64,000 bases of DNA from a virus. This document shows positions 28,236-38,169 of the stretch, piece after piece. Location of the stretch: positions 20,417 through 84,416 of IMG/VR virus record IMGVR_UViG_3300044993_000080. The stretch is one strand, 5' to 3'. The notes under the pieces are model-generated. The model worked only from the letters and a program-made list of their open reading frames with translations. It did no database searches and was not told where the DNA came from. Each line of letters opens with the position of its first letter. Position 1 is the stretch's first letter. Position numbers and translations under genes: made by a program.

Positions 28236-30236
28236 TCAACGGCGGCGGATGACCGCCTTGCGGCGGACTTGCTGCTTGCGGCGGCTGGCCGGAGGTGTGC
28301 GCTGGCGGTTCCCGTCACTGTCTGTAGTCTCCATGCCTGTGCGGATCAGGCGACTAGTCAGCGCTTCGTTGATAGCCCCTACTACACCGTCCGATACGTC
28401 CTTGGTGCCGCGCGGTGGATGGTCTACTTTGTTTTTGATCGGAAAGTGCTCTACCGTCTGCCACTCATACTTGAGCAATTCGCAGCCCGGCTGGATGTCT
28501 AACCGATCCTGATACAGGATGTCGCGGGCGGCCTCATACGGCGCGGTGCCCCGGTCCACACTCACCACGTCGCTGTGCACGCCGAACTTGCGCGTGATCT
28601 GAATGCTTTCTGCGGAACCGAACCCGTCGAACGTGAGGCTCTGAAGATTGACGCCATGTCTGGTGAGAGAAAGCACAAACTGCCGGACCCGCGCGATGTC
28701 GATCTCATTCATCACATCAGGCTGAATGCCGATAGCCGCTACCACGGTGAGCTTGGGCAGAACCTCGAACGTGCCGGGCTCGACATCGCTCTCCTGATTG
28801 ATCCATCCGTCATGCCGGACAATGCCGATCCCGCAACGGTCCTTGTTCTTGGACAAGTCAACGTGTGCAAAGTGCGGGCGGTCCCGGACGCGCTCTCCGG
28901 GTAAGTTGTCGATGATCCACTCCGGAAAGTCGTCTTCTGCCAGCACCCACTCGTCTTGTTTAACCCATGGTTTGAGCCCGCGCTCTTCACCGCGTTGAAT
29001 GGCATCTGTAATCTTGTTCTTCCGCCGAAAGAATGGCGTAATGGCATCGGTGGAAATCCCGATAACGTCTCGGAGCGCAGCATCGGGGTTTTTCTTGAAT
29101 TGCACCTTGTAGGGCATCGGCACTTTGTAAATAGTCGCATCAGCGGGGAAATGGACGCCCGGCTTCTCCCAGTCTTCCAGCACCCGGCTTCCGTATTCGT
29201 CGGTGCCCACCAGCAAGTCAAACGTGGCGTATCCGCCGTCTGCGAAGCGCGGGTTCTTGGCAAACTGGCTGTATCGCAGTGTTATGAAGTTCTTGGGTAT
29301 CGGATTTGCGCCGTGCCGCTCTTCCTCATAGATGCGCTCCATTTCGTCGATCTTGCGATCCAAGAAGTCGTTCTTGTAGCGGGTTGATGACACCGCGCTG
29401 ATCGAGCCTATGCTAACACCCTTTGTGGTAAATGAACGCTGGCGACGGCGTTCGATGTTGCTGAACACCTCTTCGGCCTGATCGTAATAGCCGCCCATGC
29501 CTTGCGCGCCGGGCACCTGCTTACTGTCTTCGATGATGGCCATGAAGTTAACCTCGTCCAGAATGGCCGCGAACACCGCCTGCCCAAGCAAACTCTGGAG
29601 ACTGGCCGCCGTGGGCACGATCTGGATGTTGCCTTCAAGCTCAAGCAGGCTCTCCAGCTTGTCGTTCCATCCTACCCACTTCTGGGTATATCTCATGCCG
29701 GTGAACATCTTGCGGAACGGCTGGTAAAGCACGCGCTTGGTGATCGTCGGACTGACACTCTGAAGCATCCCCACAATGGTCGTCATTGGTGTAAGCCCGA
29801 ATAGCCGCTGTGGTTGCTCATAGCACGTCAAGAGGTAGGTCTGGTAGGCCAGCGTCCCGGTGGAAAGATGCGACTTTCCCCAGCCGGTAGCGCCGCCTAG
29901 CAAATTGAGGTGAATGGGCTGCTCGCCAATGAGCACGTCCGGGTTCATCATCCTAAGCTCTTCGCGCAGCGTTGGCCAAATATCGTATTCGACCCCTGCA
30001 AGAAACTCCTTGCTCTCCACGAACTCGTCAATGGTAACAGGGGTGCGCCTCATCCGCCCGATAGCTTCAAAGAACGCCGGATTGTCGCGCAGGATAAGCT
30101 CTTCGGCGGCGTTCTTGAATATTGCAGCCTCGCGCGGAAAGCCGGACGCCAACGCGTGCGAATAGGCACGCTCGGCATCGAGCTTCAATTGGGTAAGACG
30201 GGATCGGTGCGATTTGTTGGTCTTGGCTAGGCTCAT
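28236..30236 (-). CDS. terL: Terminase large subunit
   Basis: Walker A GGATGWGKS, Walker B AAILDE, RNase-H-like HVDLS...TFDG...DHP..TKDVSD. Confidence 0.9.
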   Translation of the reverse strand: MSLAKTNKSHRSRLTQLKLDAERAYSHALASGFPREAAIFKNAAEELILRDNPAFFEAIGRMRRTPVTIDEFVESKEFLAGVEYDIWPTLREELRMMNPDVLIGEQPIHLNLLGGATGWGKSHLSTGTLAYQTYLLTCYEQPQRLFGLTPMTTIVGMLQSVSPTITKRVLYQPFRKMFTGMRYTQKWVGWNDKLESLLELEGNIQIVPTAASLQSLLGQAVFAAILDEVNFMAIIEDSKQVPGAQGMGGYYDQAEEVFSNIERRRQRSFTTKGVSIGSISAVSSTRYKNDFLDRKIDEMERIYEEERHGANPIPKNFITLRYSQFAKNPRFADGGYATFDLLVGTDEYGSRVLEDWEKPGVHFPADATIYKVPMPYKVQFKKNPDAALRDVIGISTDAITPFFRRKNKITDAIQRGEERGLKPWVKQDEWVLAEDDFPEWIIDNLPGERVRDRPHFAHVDLSKNKDRCGIGIVRHDGWINQESDVEPGTFEVLPKLTVVAAIGIQPDVMNEIDIARVRQFVLSLTRHGVNLQSLTFDGFGSAESIQITRKFGVHSDVVSVDRGTAPYEAARDILYQDRLDIQPGCELLKYEWQTVEHFPIKNKVDHPPRGTKDVSDGVVGAINEALTSRLIRTGMETTDSDGNRQRTPPASRRKQQVRRKAVIRRR

Positions 30237-30237
30237 G

Positions 30238-30966
30238 TCAAAGCTCGCCGACTATTTTCGACCCCGGCACCAGTCCGACACGTGGCTCCTGATAACCACC
30301 CTCAAGAAACCTCTGCGCCATCTCTTTCAGGACGTTCGCACTGCCGCTGTCTTCGTCGTCACTCACCAGCGGGGCTCGCATCGGCGTGCTCTCGAACAGC
30401 CCGGCGACCTGCAACAATCGCGCCATGTCCATGTTGCTCCGCAGGATGACCTCCAAGGCGCGCATCCTACGGTTCCAATTCTTTGCGTGGTTTCCGGACA
30501 AGGCTATCTCGCGCCATGCGACCGCGCGCGCTTCTTCCATCTCTGCGATCATTGGGCCAATGAAGTCGAAAGCATCGCGCCCCTTGGCCTGCTCTCTGAT
30601 CCTGCGGGTTAACTTTTCGCGCAACCACTTATAGGAGCCGTATGAGATATTCATCCGCTGGCAGATGACATTCACGGGCGTCTTGGCAAGCAAGAATTGA
30701 TGCAGTGTCGAGAGCAACACGTCTTGGCCCGCGTCTTTGTCAACGCGCGACATCGCGTCAGCTACATCCCGGACGTGAACCTGCGGGATGGAAGTCTCGC
30801 CCGTGGCAGGGTCTCGCACAGGCTGCATTGCGGGCGGACCATCCCAAGCGGCGAAGTGGCCGTTTTCGGGATCATCCATGGGGACCGGGCGCTGCGCTGT
30901 CCGGGCGCGCGAACGGGGCGGCGGGTCAGCCGCTGGCCTCACCCTGCGCCTCGGATTGATCGCCAC
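30238..30966 (-). CDS. Probable terminase small subunit
   Basis: Directly upstream of terL; HTH-like segment followed by a helical oligomerisation region. Confidence 0.6.
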   Translation of the reverse strand: MAINPRRRVRPAADPPPRSRARTAQRPVPMDDPENGHFAAWDGPPAMQPVRDPATGETSIPQVHVRDVADAMSRVDKDAGQDVLLSTLHQFLLAKTPVNVICQRMNISYGSYKWLREKLTRRIREQAKGRDAFDFIGPMIAEMEEARAVAWREIALSGNHAKNWNRRMRALEVILRSNMDMARLLQVAGLFESTPMRAPLVSDDEDSGSANVLKEMAQRFLEGGYQEPRVGLVPGSKIVGEL

Positions 30967-30987
30967 GACCTAGCCCCTGCCTAGGCT

Positions 30988-31527
30988 CTATGCCGTCTTC
31001 GGGCGTTTGCCGCTCCGGTCAGCCGGAACCCATGCCCGACTGTAGGCGTGATCCGGGATTTCGAGCTTCGTGAATACGCTTTCTTGCAGGAGCAAGTCGA
31101 TCTCGCTGCGGTCCGCGCCAAGCTCTTCGCACAACTGCGGGATCGGCACTGCGTGGTCTCGCACTAGGCTCGTGACAAGTTCGTGCATCCGGGCGGCGAC
31201 GTGCGATCCCTTAGCGCGATTGATGCGCACGGTCAGCATCTTGCGCTCGGCGTCGGTGATGTCGAGCACGGCGCACGGAACGGCAGTGCCGAACTTGGCG
31301 CGCAAGTCCTCGTCCACCTTGGCGAGTGTCGAACGGTGGAACCCGTCAATGATAAGGTAACGCCCGTTTGCAGTCTCGGCCACTAGGACCGGCTGTATCC
31401 AGCCTTGTTTGAGAAGCGATAGCTTCAGCAGCCGCATTTCCGGGCCAATGACCACATTGGGGTTGTAGTCGTTGGCGTCAAGAAGATCAACGTCGATCCA
31501 CTGGATGTTGTCGATAGGGTGGTTCAC
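30988..31527 (-). CDS. ParB/Srx-domain protein, IbrB/YbdM-like
   Basis: ANDYNPN, G.IQPV, IIDGFHR and T.R.NRAKG.H motifs. Confidence 0.85.
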   Translation of the reverse strand: MNHPIDNIQWIDVDLLDANDYNPNVVIGPEMRLLKLSLLKQGWIQPVLVAETANGRYLIIDGFHRSTLAKVDEDLRAKFGTAVPCAVLDITDAERKMLTVRINRAKGSHVAARMHELVTSLVRDHAVPIPQLCEELGADRSEIDLLLQESVFTKLEIPDHAYSRAWVPADRSGKRPKTA

Positions 31528-31617
31528 TGTCTATCCCTCTGTTCTGCTCCGGTGCAACGGGTTGCAAGCCGGGATGCTGCCGAGACTGATCTTCTTAGCC
31601 CGTGCCGGGCGTCCGCG

Positions 31618-32838
31618 TCAATTACAGCCCGCGCGTGCAGCGGCCTCAGCCTCAGCTTGCCGCTCGTAGTCGATCATACTCTGGTCCGGGTTCGAGTGCA
31701 CTTGGATACCTTTTTGCCAGTCTCCGCTCACCACCTTCTGGAACACGTGCAGGATCGGGTAGCCGAAGCACGCGCCTTTATCGCTGTATTTTCCCCTGCG
31801 CTTGTTGTTATTTTTGCTGATCCACGCCGTCTTGACGGCCTTGATCGCGCGCTCCCGATTTACCGGGTCGTCGATCTCGTCTTCGATGTAGCGGATAATC
31901 CCCTCGAAACTCTTGGGATACCGACTGATGACAGCGAAGCGATCCACGTCCTTCCAGTAGCGCTCGTGGGTAGCGACCTCAGGGAATACGTCTATGATCT
32001 GCTCGAAAAACTTGGGATACATGACCCGCAAGCGCTTCAAGTAGTTGTATGCTTTGTCGTGGAGCGGGGTCGAAACGCGCAGTGGAGCGCCAGCGAATAA
32101 CTCCTGCTCGTAAATTCGACAATAACTGATCCCCCGGTCATAGAAGTAGCGGAATACGTCCCGCTCACTCCAGTCGTAAATCACCTTGATGAAGTCACTG
32201 TCCTTAGCGCCGCCGCTGTCCCCCGCGATGTAATTGTAAGTGTTCTTGATTACGTTCGAGGCCCGGAACCGCATCAGGCTCTCTTGGGCTCGGATGCCGT
32301 TGAATACCCCGATCTTCCCTTTCCACCCCAGCTTCAGGTTGGTAAGCGCCTGCATCTCGTGCTGGTCGAGCGGCAAGTTCTCTGGGTGAAGCTGGCGGAT
32401 CGCACAAGAAGGCGGTTCCCGCAGATGCTTGCGGTTTACGTCCCACTGCACGTAGGGCAGGTGCTTACCCATGATGAAATAGTGCGACTTCATCGGCACG
32501 GCGAAGTAATGAAGCCGCCATTTTTCGGGTTCGTCATTGAGCTTCAGCACGAAGTCGATGACCTCTTGCGGGATAAGCTCTTCGTCGCGGAACACCACGT
32601 CAAGCGGCTGGGTCCACCCCATTTCGTCCATCACCTCGCGCACAAGGTGGAGCACGACTAGGCTGTCCTTACCACCCGAATAGGAGACAGCGCAGCGGTC
32701 GTAGATCGTCAGGCAATGCCTGATGCGCTTCTTCGCTTCGGTCAGCACATCGCTGTCGATATAATGGACGCGGTTCTCGGCGAAAACATGCGGGCGATCT
32801 GCGGGGGCGATAGCCCTCTCTGCCTCGTAGGACAGCAT
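31618..32838 (-). CDS. PAPS-reductase-family (PP-loop) protein, IbrA/YbdN-like
   Basis: SYSGGKDS, F.DEE, GIRAQES..R and IYDW...DV motifs. Confidence 0.88.
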   Translation of the reverse strand: MLSYEAERAIAPADRPHVFAENRVHYIDSDVLTEAKKRIRHCLTIYDRCAVSYSGGKDSLVVLHLVREVMDEMGWTQPLDVVFRDEELIPQEVIDFVLKLNDEPEKWRLHYFAVPMKSHYFIMGKHLPYVQWDVNRKHLREPPSCAIRQLHPENLPLDQHEMQALTNLKLGWKGKIGVFNGIRAQESLMRFRASNVIKNTYNYIAGDSGGAKDSDFIKVIYDWSERDVFRYFYDRGISYCRIYEQELFAGAPLRVSTPLHDKAYNYLKRLRVMYPKFFEQIIDVFPEVATHERYWKDVDRFAVISRYPKSFEGIIRYIEDEIDDPVNRERAIKAVKTAWISKNNNKRRGKYSDKGACFGYPILHVFQKVVSGDWQKGIQVHSNPDQSMIDYERQAEAEAAARAGCN

Positions 32839-32839
32839 G

Positions 32840-33592
32840 TCAGGCTGCCTCGACTTCGAGGTTGGCCGGGAAGCCCATGTCCGTCAGCAGCAATTGCAGG
32901 CGCTCGCCGTTCGTGCCCGCCAACGGGTAGCGGGTGCGCAGCACTGACAGCATGTGCGTGAAGCGATTGTAGGACAGGTCCGAAGCGAAGCGCAGCGACG
33001 TGCGGTGCACGGGCGGGATGTAACCGGCCCAAGCCTTGCGGTTCGCCCCGATCCCGTTGTCTTCGATCTTGGCGTCCGCACTGCCGGGTCCGGCGTCGCG
33101 CTCTTGGTATTCGCCGCCGTCCGGCGCGCTCCAGTTGTCCCCTGCAAAGGGCTCGCCCACGTCTCGCATACCGGGCATGAACAACACGTCCTCTTCGCTG
33201 AAGCCCAGCGATATGTAGTCGCCTGACCCGACATCGAGGCGCTTGAACTCCTCCGCCACTGCGGCCATGTCCATCGGCGTGATCTGTTGGATTTGGTTGT
33301 GGGCGATGGCATAGCCCTTGCGCTCGGCCTCATCAAGCGTGAGCACGATGCAGGGCACGTCCGTCATCCCAAGCTCGGTAGCCGCGTCGAAACGCCCATG
33401 GCCTTCCACGATCATGTAGTGGCCTCGGCGCGACGGGTGGCGCACCACGCCGATAGGGTCGAGAAACCCAAAGCGCCGGATACTGGCCATGATCTGGTTG
33501 ATATTGATCTCGTTGTGGGTGTTGACATTTTCGGGGTCAGGGACCAGCCGGTTAAGGGCGATCTGCTGGATGCGATCTTCAGACAGTGACAT
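32840..33592 (-). CDS. ParB N-terminal-domain protein
   Basis: SIRRFGF.DPI, IVEGHGR and IAHN motifs. Confidence 0.85.
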   Translation of the reverse strand: MSLSEDRIQQIALNRLVPDPENVNTHNEININQIMASIRRFGFLDPIGVVRHPSRRGHYMIVEGHGRFDAATELGMTDVPCIVLTLDEAERKGYAIAHNQIQQITPMDMAAVAEEFKRLDVGSGDYISLGFSEEDVLFMPGMRDVGEPFAGDNWSAPDGGEYQERDAGPGSADAKIEDNGIGANRKAWAGYIPPVHRTSLRFASDLSYNRFTHMLSVLRTRYPLAGTNGERLQLLLTDMGFPANLEVEAA

Positions 33593-34295
33593 GGGCCTGC
33601 TCCTTTTCAATATCGGGATCATCGGTATGGCCTGCCAGATAGTCAAGCGGGATGTCGCCGGGGAAAGCCGCTGCGAGCTCCGCATAGAGCACCGGATCGA
33701 CCTTGGCGATTGCGGCCATCAGGACTTCGCCGCCCATGGACTTTGCTGCGCCCTTGCGCACCTCTTCGGCCATGAAGGCACTGAACCGGGCCTTGTCTTC
33801 CTTGCTGTCCCACACCACGTCATAAGTCAGTGGTGCGCCATCAGCGGCGGTCGAGCCCTGCTCGGCTCGCTCCTCTGGGTCCCCAAAGTGAACGAATAGG
33901 TTGTCTACGATCTTGTCGCTGAAGCCCATATCCCCGAACGCAATGTCGTGGCCCTCTCCCACCAGCGATTGCAGAGTAGTGAATAGAGCACCAAAGTCAA
34001 AAGTCGATGTCAGCGCGATCTTGTTGTGCGCGATGCGGTAAAGGTCGAGATCGTCCGCACTGGCGTCGCTTATGACCAGCACGGGCACGTCCACCAGTTG
34101 AAGCCTTTGCGCGGCAAGCCACCTGCCGTGACCTTCGACAATGACCCCTTCGGGCGTGATTGCGATGGGGTCGTTGAAGCCAAATCGCGTGATTGACGCG
34201 GCGATTGCGGCCACGTCTTCATCATTGTGTTGCTTCGAGTTGGTCTCATAGGGCACGAGTTGATGAACCTCGCGCCGCTCCATTATCAGCTTCAT
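33579..34295 (-). CDS. ParB N-terminal-domain protein (paralogue)
   Basis: SITRFGF.DPI, IVEGHGR and RIAHNK motifs. Confidence 0.85.
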   Translation of the reverse strand: MKLIMERREVHQLVPYETNSKQHNDEDVAAIAASITRFGFNDPIAITPEGVIVEGHGRWLAAQRLQLVDVPVLVISDASADDLDLYRIAHNKIALTSTFDFGALFTTLQSLVGEGHDIAFGDMGFSDKIVDNLFVHFGDPEERAEQGSTAADGAPLTYDVVWDSKEDKARFSAFMAEEVRKGAAKSMGGEVLMAAIAKVDPVLYAELAAAFPGDIPLDYLAGHTDDPDIEKEQAHVTV

Positions 34296-34504
34296 GTCCG
34301 ATGCCTCCTGAACGGTTTCCGCCTCATAAACTGCGGGGCGGCCCGATGTCCAGTGTTGCAACGGGTTGCAGCGTAATTTCAGATGGGTGAGCCGGGATCG
34401 TCCTAGACCTGCCTCGAAGGGCTCTTGGGTCAGGCGTCCCGGCTCGCAAGCGGGGTGGGCGATCTTGGGGCCGTGGCCCGGTGCAGCGCCCGCGCTTGCT
34501 TATG

Positions 34505-34720
34505 TCAAACGAAACGCCGCAAACGACACGCCGCAACCCGTGACGCAACCCGTGACGCAATCGCATCTGCAATCGGGTCTTTGGCGCTCAATACTGCGGC
34601 GACCTCGCCTGCGGTGGCGACACCATTTTCGACCAGCTTCATCATCTCGACAATCTGGCGAGTGGTGTCTTTCTCGTGAACCATCTGGATGATGGCGATC
34701 TTGGTCTTCAGTTCGGTCAT
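34505..34720 (-). CDS. Small hypothetical protein
   Basis: Starts in a promoter/RBS cassette. Confidence 0.65.
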   Translation of the reverse strand: MTELKTKIAIIQMVHEKDTTRQIVEMMKLVENGVATAGEVAAVLSAKDPIADAIASRVASRVAACRLRRFV

Positions 34721-34777
34721 TTGAAATCTCCCTTTCGACCCCTTAATCATGGCTTAGGCGAGATTTTATGTCAAGCG
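34718..34777 (-). repeat. ~60-bp promoter-RBS-ATG direct repeat, copy 1
   Basis: Identical to 38167-38226; one mismatch to 40298-40357; related to 20041-20099. Confidence 0.9.
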
Positions 34778-34966
34778 GAAAGTTGCAACGGGTCGCAGAA
34801 ATCTAACTCTTGAGCTTGGTGTTATGCTTGGCCTTGAACGCCTCCCCCGCCTTGCAGTAGGCGCACGGCTTCTTCGTGGCGTATCCCTTCTGGCCTAGCG
34901 AGGCCGCCGCCCGGCCCCAACGCCAGCCCTTGTCGAGACAGTAAGCGCACGAAGCCGTAGGCTTGC

Positions 34967-35560
34967 TCATGGCGATACTTGACGGCGGCGTCCGCGCGGC
35001 TGGATCGGCGACAGCGCCGCTTCCGGGGGGCTCGGGAAGCTCCACAGTGCGTGGATGGGCTCTCTCAGGTCTCGGGCCTTGAACAGGTCGCGCCCCAGCC
35101 CGCACGCCGTGGCATAACTTGCCCAGAGTTCACCGTCCTTGGGGAGCCCGCGCGGATAAATGCGGTCGAAGCCCCAATTCCCCAGCACCTTGGTTGGGCT
35201 CATCACCAACATCGTGAACCACGCACCGTGCTGGTAGTGGTCATAGACGAGATCGAACCATGATCTGGGATCGGTGAAGCGGGCGTGCAACCGGGCGTGG
35301 GTGCGCTTGCTGACAGGATACCAGTCGCCCACGTTGCGGTAGTCTTCGAGATGGGTGAAGATGTAACCACTACCCCTCAAGTCGTCCGGGCGGCTGAAGC
35401 CGGTGATGCTGCATGTGTCCGGACTTCCGCGTTGGCGGCGCAAGATGCGCTGCGGTGGGTTGGTGGCGATGCGCTCTTCCCAACTGAAGCCGTTGTAGCG
35501 TCGGGACTTGGACAAGAGCTTGCCCGTGGCGAGGAGGTCGTTGATCGTTGCAATAGCCAT
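34967..35560 (-). CDS. Hypothetical protein, possibly a degenerate HNH fold
   Basis: H.EDY and H..LH.RF motifs. Confidence 0.55.
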   Translation of the reverse strand: MAIATINDLLATGKLLSKSRRYNGFSWEERIATNPPQRILRRQRGSPDTCSITGFSRPDDLRGSGYIFTHLEDYRNVGDWYPVSKRTHARLHARFTDPRSWFDLVYDHYQHGAWFTMLVMSPTKVLGNWGFDRIYPRGLPKDGELWASYATACGLGRDLFKARDLREPIHALWSFPSPPEAALSPIQPRGRRRQVSP

Positions 35561-35625
35561 GTATCAATGCTCGCATAAGCTGAGGGGTAAGTGAAGCCCG
35601 AACTCGCCATTCGGGCGGGTTCGGC

Positions 35626-36360
35626 TTAGTCGGCGGGCACCATCAGCACGGCGTCCTTATGTCGGAACACTTCACGCCATGTCGGGCCGAGTGCGTAGAT
35701 TTCCCGGTCCGTGTTATAGATCGGATGTGCGACCCGGTTCTTGTAGGGTCCGTATGCCCGGCCCTGCAATACGAGGTAGCGCACCCCGGCCTCACGTGCA
35801 GCCTCGCCAAACGCATGACCAGCCGGTTTCCAGATAGCTTCGGAGCGCGCCCACGGGTCTGCGTCCTCTGGGTGCTTCTTCGTAGCCCCTTCCTTCGCGT
35901 AGGTCGTGGCAAAGAGTTCTGACAGGACGCGCCGGGCAAGCCACGTAGTGAACCCCTGCTGCACCCATTCCCGCGCTTGGGCCCGAAACGCCTCACCCCG
36001 AACATCCAGCGGCACTGCGGCCATGGTCACGCCGGGGCACCGGGCGCGAAGGTGCATGTTGAACACCTCCACGCTGGGAGCATCGAGCTCTAGCCCTAGG
36101 CACTTGGTCCACCCCATCTGCACTGCCCGGATTGCCAGCATCCCATGGCAGGCCCCGAAGTCGATTGCGCCCGTGCGATCTGCGACGGGTATCTGCGCCA
36201 TGGCCACCGCCATTTGATCGTGAATAGCTGGAAGTGTGCCATCCGCGAGATAGGCGTCGATGTGCTTGAAATCGGCAAATACACTGCCATTGTGCTGCGG
36301 CTTCAGGGTCTCTTTAAGGCTCATACGATTGGCAATCCTTGGGTTCTGCCCTATCGGCAC
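35626..36360 (-). CDS. SAM-dependent methyltransferase-like protein
   Basis: Motif I IDFGACHG and acidic GLELD; own promoter (-35 TTGACT at 36425-36420). Confidence 0.7.
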   Translation of the reverse strand: MPIGQNPRIANRMSLKETLKPQHNGSVFADFKHIDAYLADGTLPAIHDQMAVAMAQIPVADRTGAIDFGACHGMLAIRAVQMGWTKCLGLELDAPSVEVFNMHLRARCPGVTMAAVPLDVRGEAFRAQAREWVQQGFTTWLARRVLSELFATTYAKEGATKKHPEDADPWARSEAIWKPAGHAFGEAAREAGVRYLVLQGRAYGPYKNRVAHPIYNTDREIYALGPTWREVFRHKDAVLMVPAD

Positions 36361-36604
36361 ATTGAGTTGGTTTTATGGGTGGCGTCAGGTCTCTCTACGA
36401 TAACGTAGCGTGGATTTTAAGTCAACGCGCGGGTTCGCAAATCAGGTCTCTGATCTGCATGTTATCTAGAGCAGGTTGTGCGGATTGTGTCTGTAGCGCC
36501 AGTGGTGCTTGGCCAGTCGGCCACACTTGTCCGGGGCGAATGGGCGCGGTCTTTGCGGCACTGATGCTTTGGTGCTTTCGGAGCCGGTGGTGTATGTTCG
36601 AGCT

Positions 36605-36916
36605 TCACCGACCCATCTCTTCGCGCCACTGCATAGCAACCCGTTGCAGGGTCTGGACTGCGAGCGCGAAATCCTTGTTAGTTTCGATCTTGGCGGGCGC
36701 AGCTTTGAGCGCGTGGAATACCGTGCTGCTGTTGTATCCGAAGCGCCGGGCGATCCGATTGCGAGACCATCCGTGCTCTTTCAGGACATACCAGACAGCA
36801 TGGCGCGCTTCGATCATCTCGCTCTCTTGGCTCTTGGTAATCTTGCGCACACCATAGAACGCCGCCGCGCTCGTGGTCAGGCGATCAGAAAGTGCGACGG
36901 GTAGGCCGTCATTCAT
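36605..36916 (-). CDS. DnaA C-terminal (domain IV)-like HTH protein
   Basis: ARH..WY.L...G.S...IARRFG.N.STV.HA matches the DnaA domain IV pattern. Confidence 0.75.
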   Translation of the reverse strand: MNDGLPVALSDRLTTSAAAFYGVRKITKSQESEMIEARHAVWYVLKEHGWSRNRIARRFGYNSSTVFHALKAAPAKIETNKDFALAVQTLQRVAMQWREEMGR

Positions 36917-37040
36917 GCGCTTCCCGCCTCTCTAGGTTCCATGTCGCGGCCCACCCATCCATAGTCCTGATTGAACACCGTGCGTCGGTGCATGGTGCTG
37001 GCGGCGGGGAATGCCTCGTCATCGCAACCCGTTGCAAGTG

Positions 37041-37304
37041 TCATGCCCTGAACTCCCCTGTGATCGTGCGGCGGCGATTGATGTCGCGGACGGCCTGCAC
37101 CATCACCCGGCTGTCCGGCCCCAACTCGAACGGTCCGTAGAGCGTGACCTCTTGCCGGGTGCCGACCGGGCGCGGGATGCCCCTCGCAAAGCTGAGGGCA
37201 CCCGGCATCGCTGCTTTGGCGCTGTCGGCCTCGATCATCGTTTGCTCAAACCAGACCGAGCCATTGTCAGGCTTGTTCTCGACACTGGCGACATAGAACA
37301 TCAT
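37041..37304 (-). CDS. Hypothetical protein
   Basis: Coupled ORF. Confidence 0.55.
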   Translation of the reverse strand: MMFYVASVENKPDNGSVWFEQTMIEADSAKAAMPGALSFARGIPRPVGTRQEVTLYGPFELGPDSRVMVQAVRDINRRRTITGEFRA

Positions 37305-37741
37305 CGCTGGACCCCCACGATTTCGATAGCCTGCACGTCACCGCGCGCCACCGCCATGTGGGCGATGTGTGGGTATGTTGTCGCCAGCGGGAATACCCAC
37401 TCCATCTCGGAGCCATCGTTGAAGATGACATTCACGGTAATACGGTCCGTGTCATTCAAGTCGATGGGGTCCGGCACGTCGGTCATCTGGATGCACCGTG
37501 CGATGCTTTCGGGTGTGTGAGTTACAATCATCGGTCGTGTCTCCTCTGGCTCAAGGTTGTGAGGCATGATAGATACCAGCGGCGTGAGTTGGTTCGTCTC
37601 GCCGGGCGCGCGATCCAGCCGGACAAACACAAACCCGCTTTCAGACATACCTTCTACAGCCCCGGTGCGCCCGGTGTAGGTGGAGAGCCCGGTGCCAATA
37701 TACCGGACGCGGGCTCCGTAGGTTACGGCCTCGGGTGCCAT
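37301..37741 (-). CDS. Hypothetical protein with SH3/KOW-like N-terminus
   Basis: GARVRY......GRTG.V......V.V.LD. Confidence 0.55.
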   Translation of the reverse strand: MAPEAVTYGARVRYIGTGLSTYTGRTGAVEGMSESGFVFVRLDRAPGETNQLTPLVSIMPHNLEPEETRPMIVTHTPESIARCIQMTDVPDPIDLNDTDRITVNVIFNDGSEMEWVFPLATTYPHIAHMAVARGDVQAIEIVGVQR

Positions 37742-38169
37742 CAGTCAGCACTCACGAGGCGGACGGTGGCACCAGATGCGATCTGGAACGACTTCGGGAT
37801 GCCGTAGAGATCAGCGGCCTTTTCAGTGACCCAGTAGAGATTGTTTTTGCGATTGCGGTTAAAGCTGGCGTCGCGCTTGATCGAGCCGTTGTAGTAAATC
37901 TTGTCGAACGCGGCCTCGCCAAGATGCTCCAGAATGTCGATCTGATCCACTGCGCGGTTGTTGCGCAAAAAGTGAGCGATCTCGTCGTCAGTCGGCTTCG
38001 ACTGGCGGACCTTGCGACCGGCGTAGTCGGTGATGAAATCAGCCTCTTCGACCACCGGCAGATAGGTCGCGGTGACGGCTGCGCACAGGATTTTGGCTGC
38101 GCGGCTGTTGGCCTGAGCCTCGCGCTTGACGCGACGGTTGGCAATTTGGCGGGCGGTAAGTTTGGTCAT
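37741..38169 (-). CDS. Hypothetical protein
   Basis: Starts in a promoter/RBS cassette. Confidence 0.7.
   Translation of the reverse strand: MTKLTARQIANRRVKREAQANSRAAKILCAAVTATYLPVVEEADFITDYAGRKVRQSKPTDDEIAHFLRNNRAVDQIDILEHLGEAAFDKIYYNGSIKRDASFNRNRKNNLYWVTEKAADLYGIPKSFQIASGATVRLVSAD

Noticed and set aside
31618-32838. Sulfate-assimilation cysH or a full Dnd system
   Set aside because: It is longer than CysH, paired with an IbrB-like gene, and no other cys or dnd genes are recognisable.
34532-34560. Tandem 12-bp repeat CGCAACCCGTGA resembling half of the palindrome
   Set aside because: Only about 2.4 copies, in frame (ASRV), with no dyad; probably slippage.
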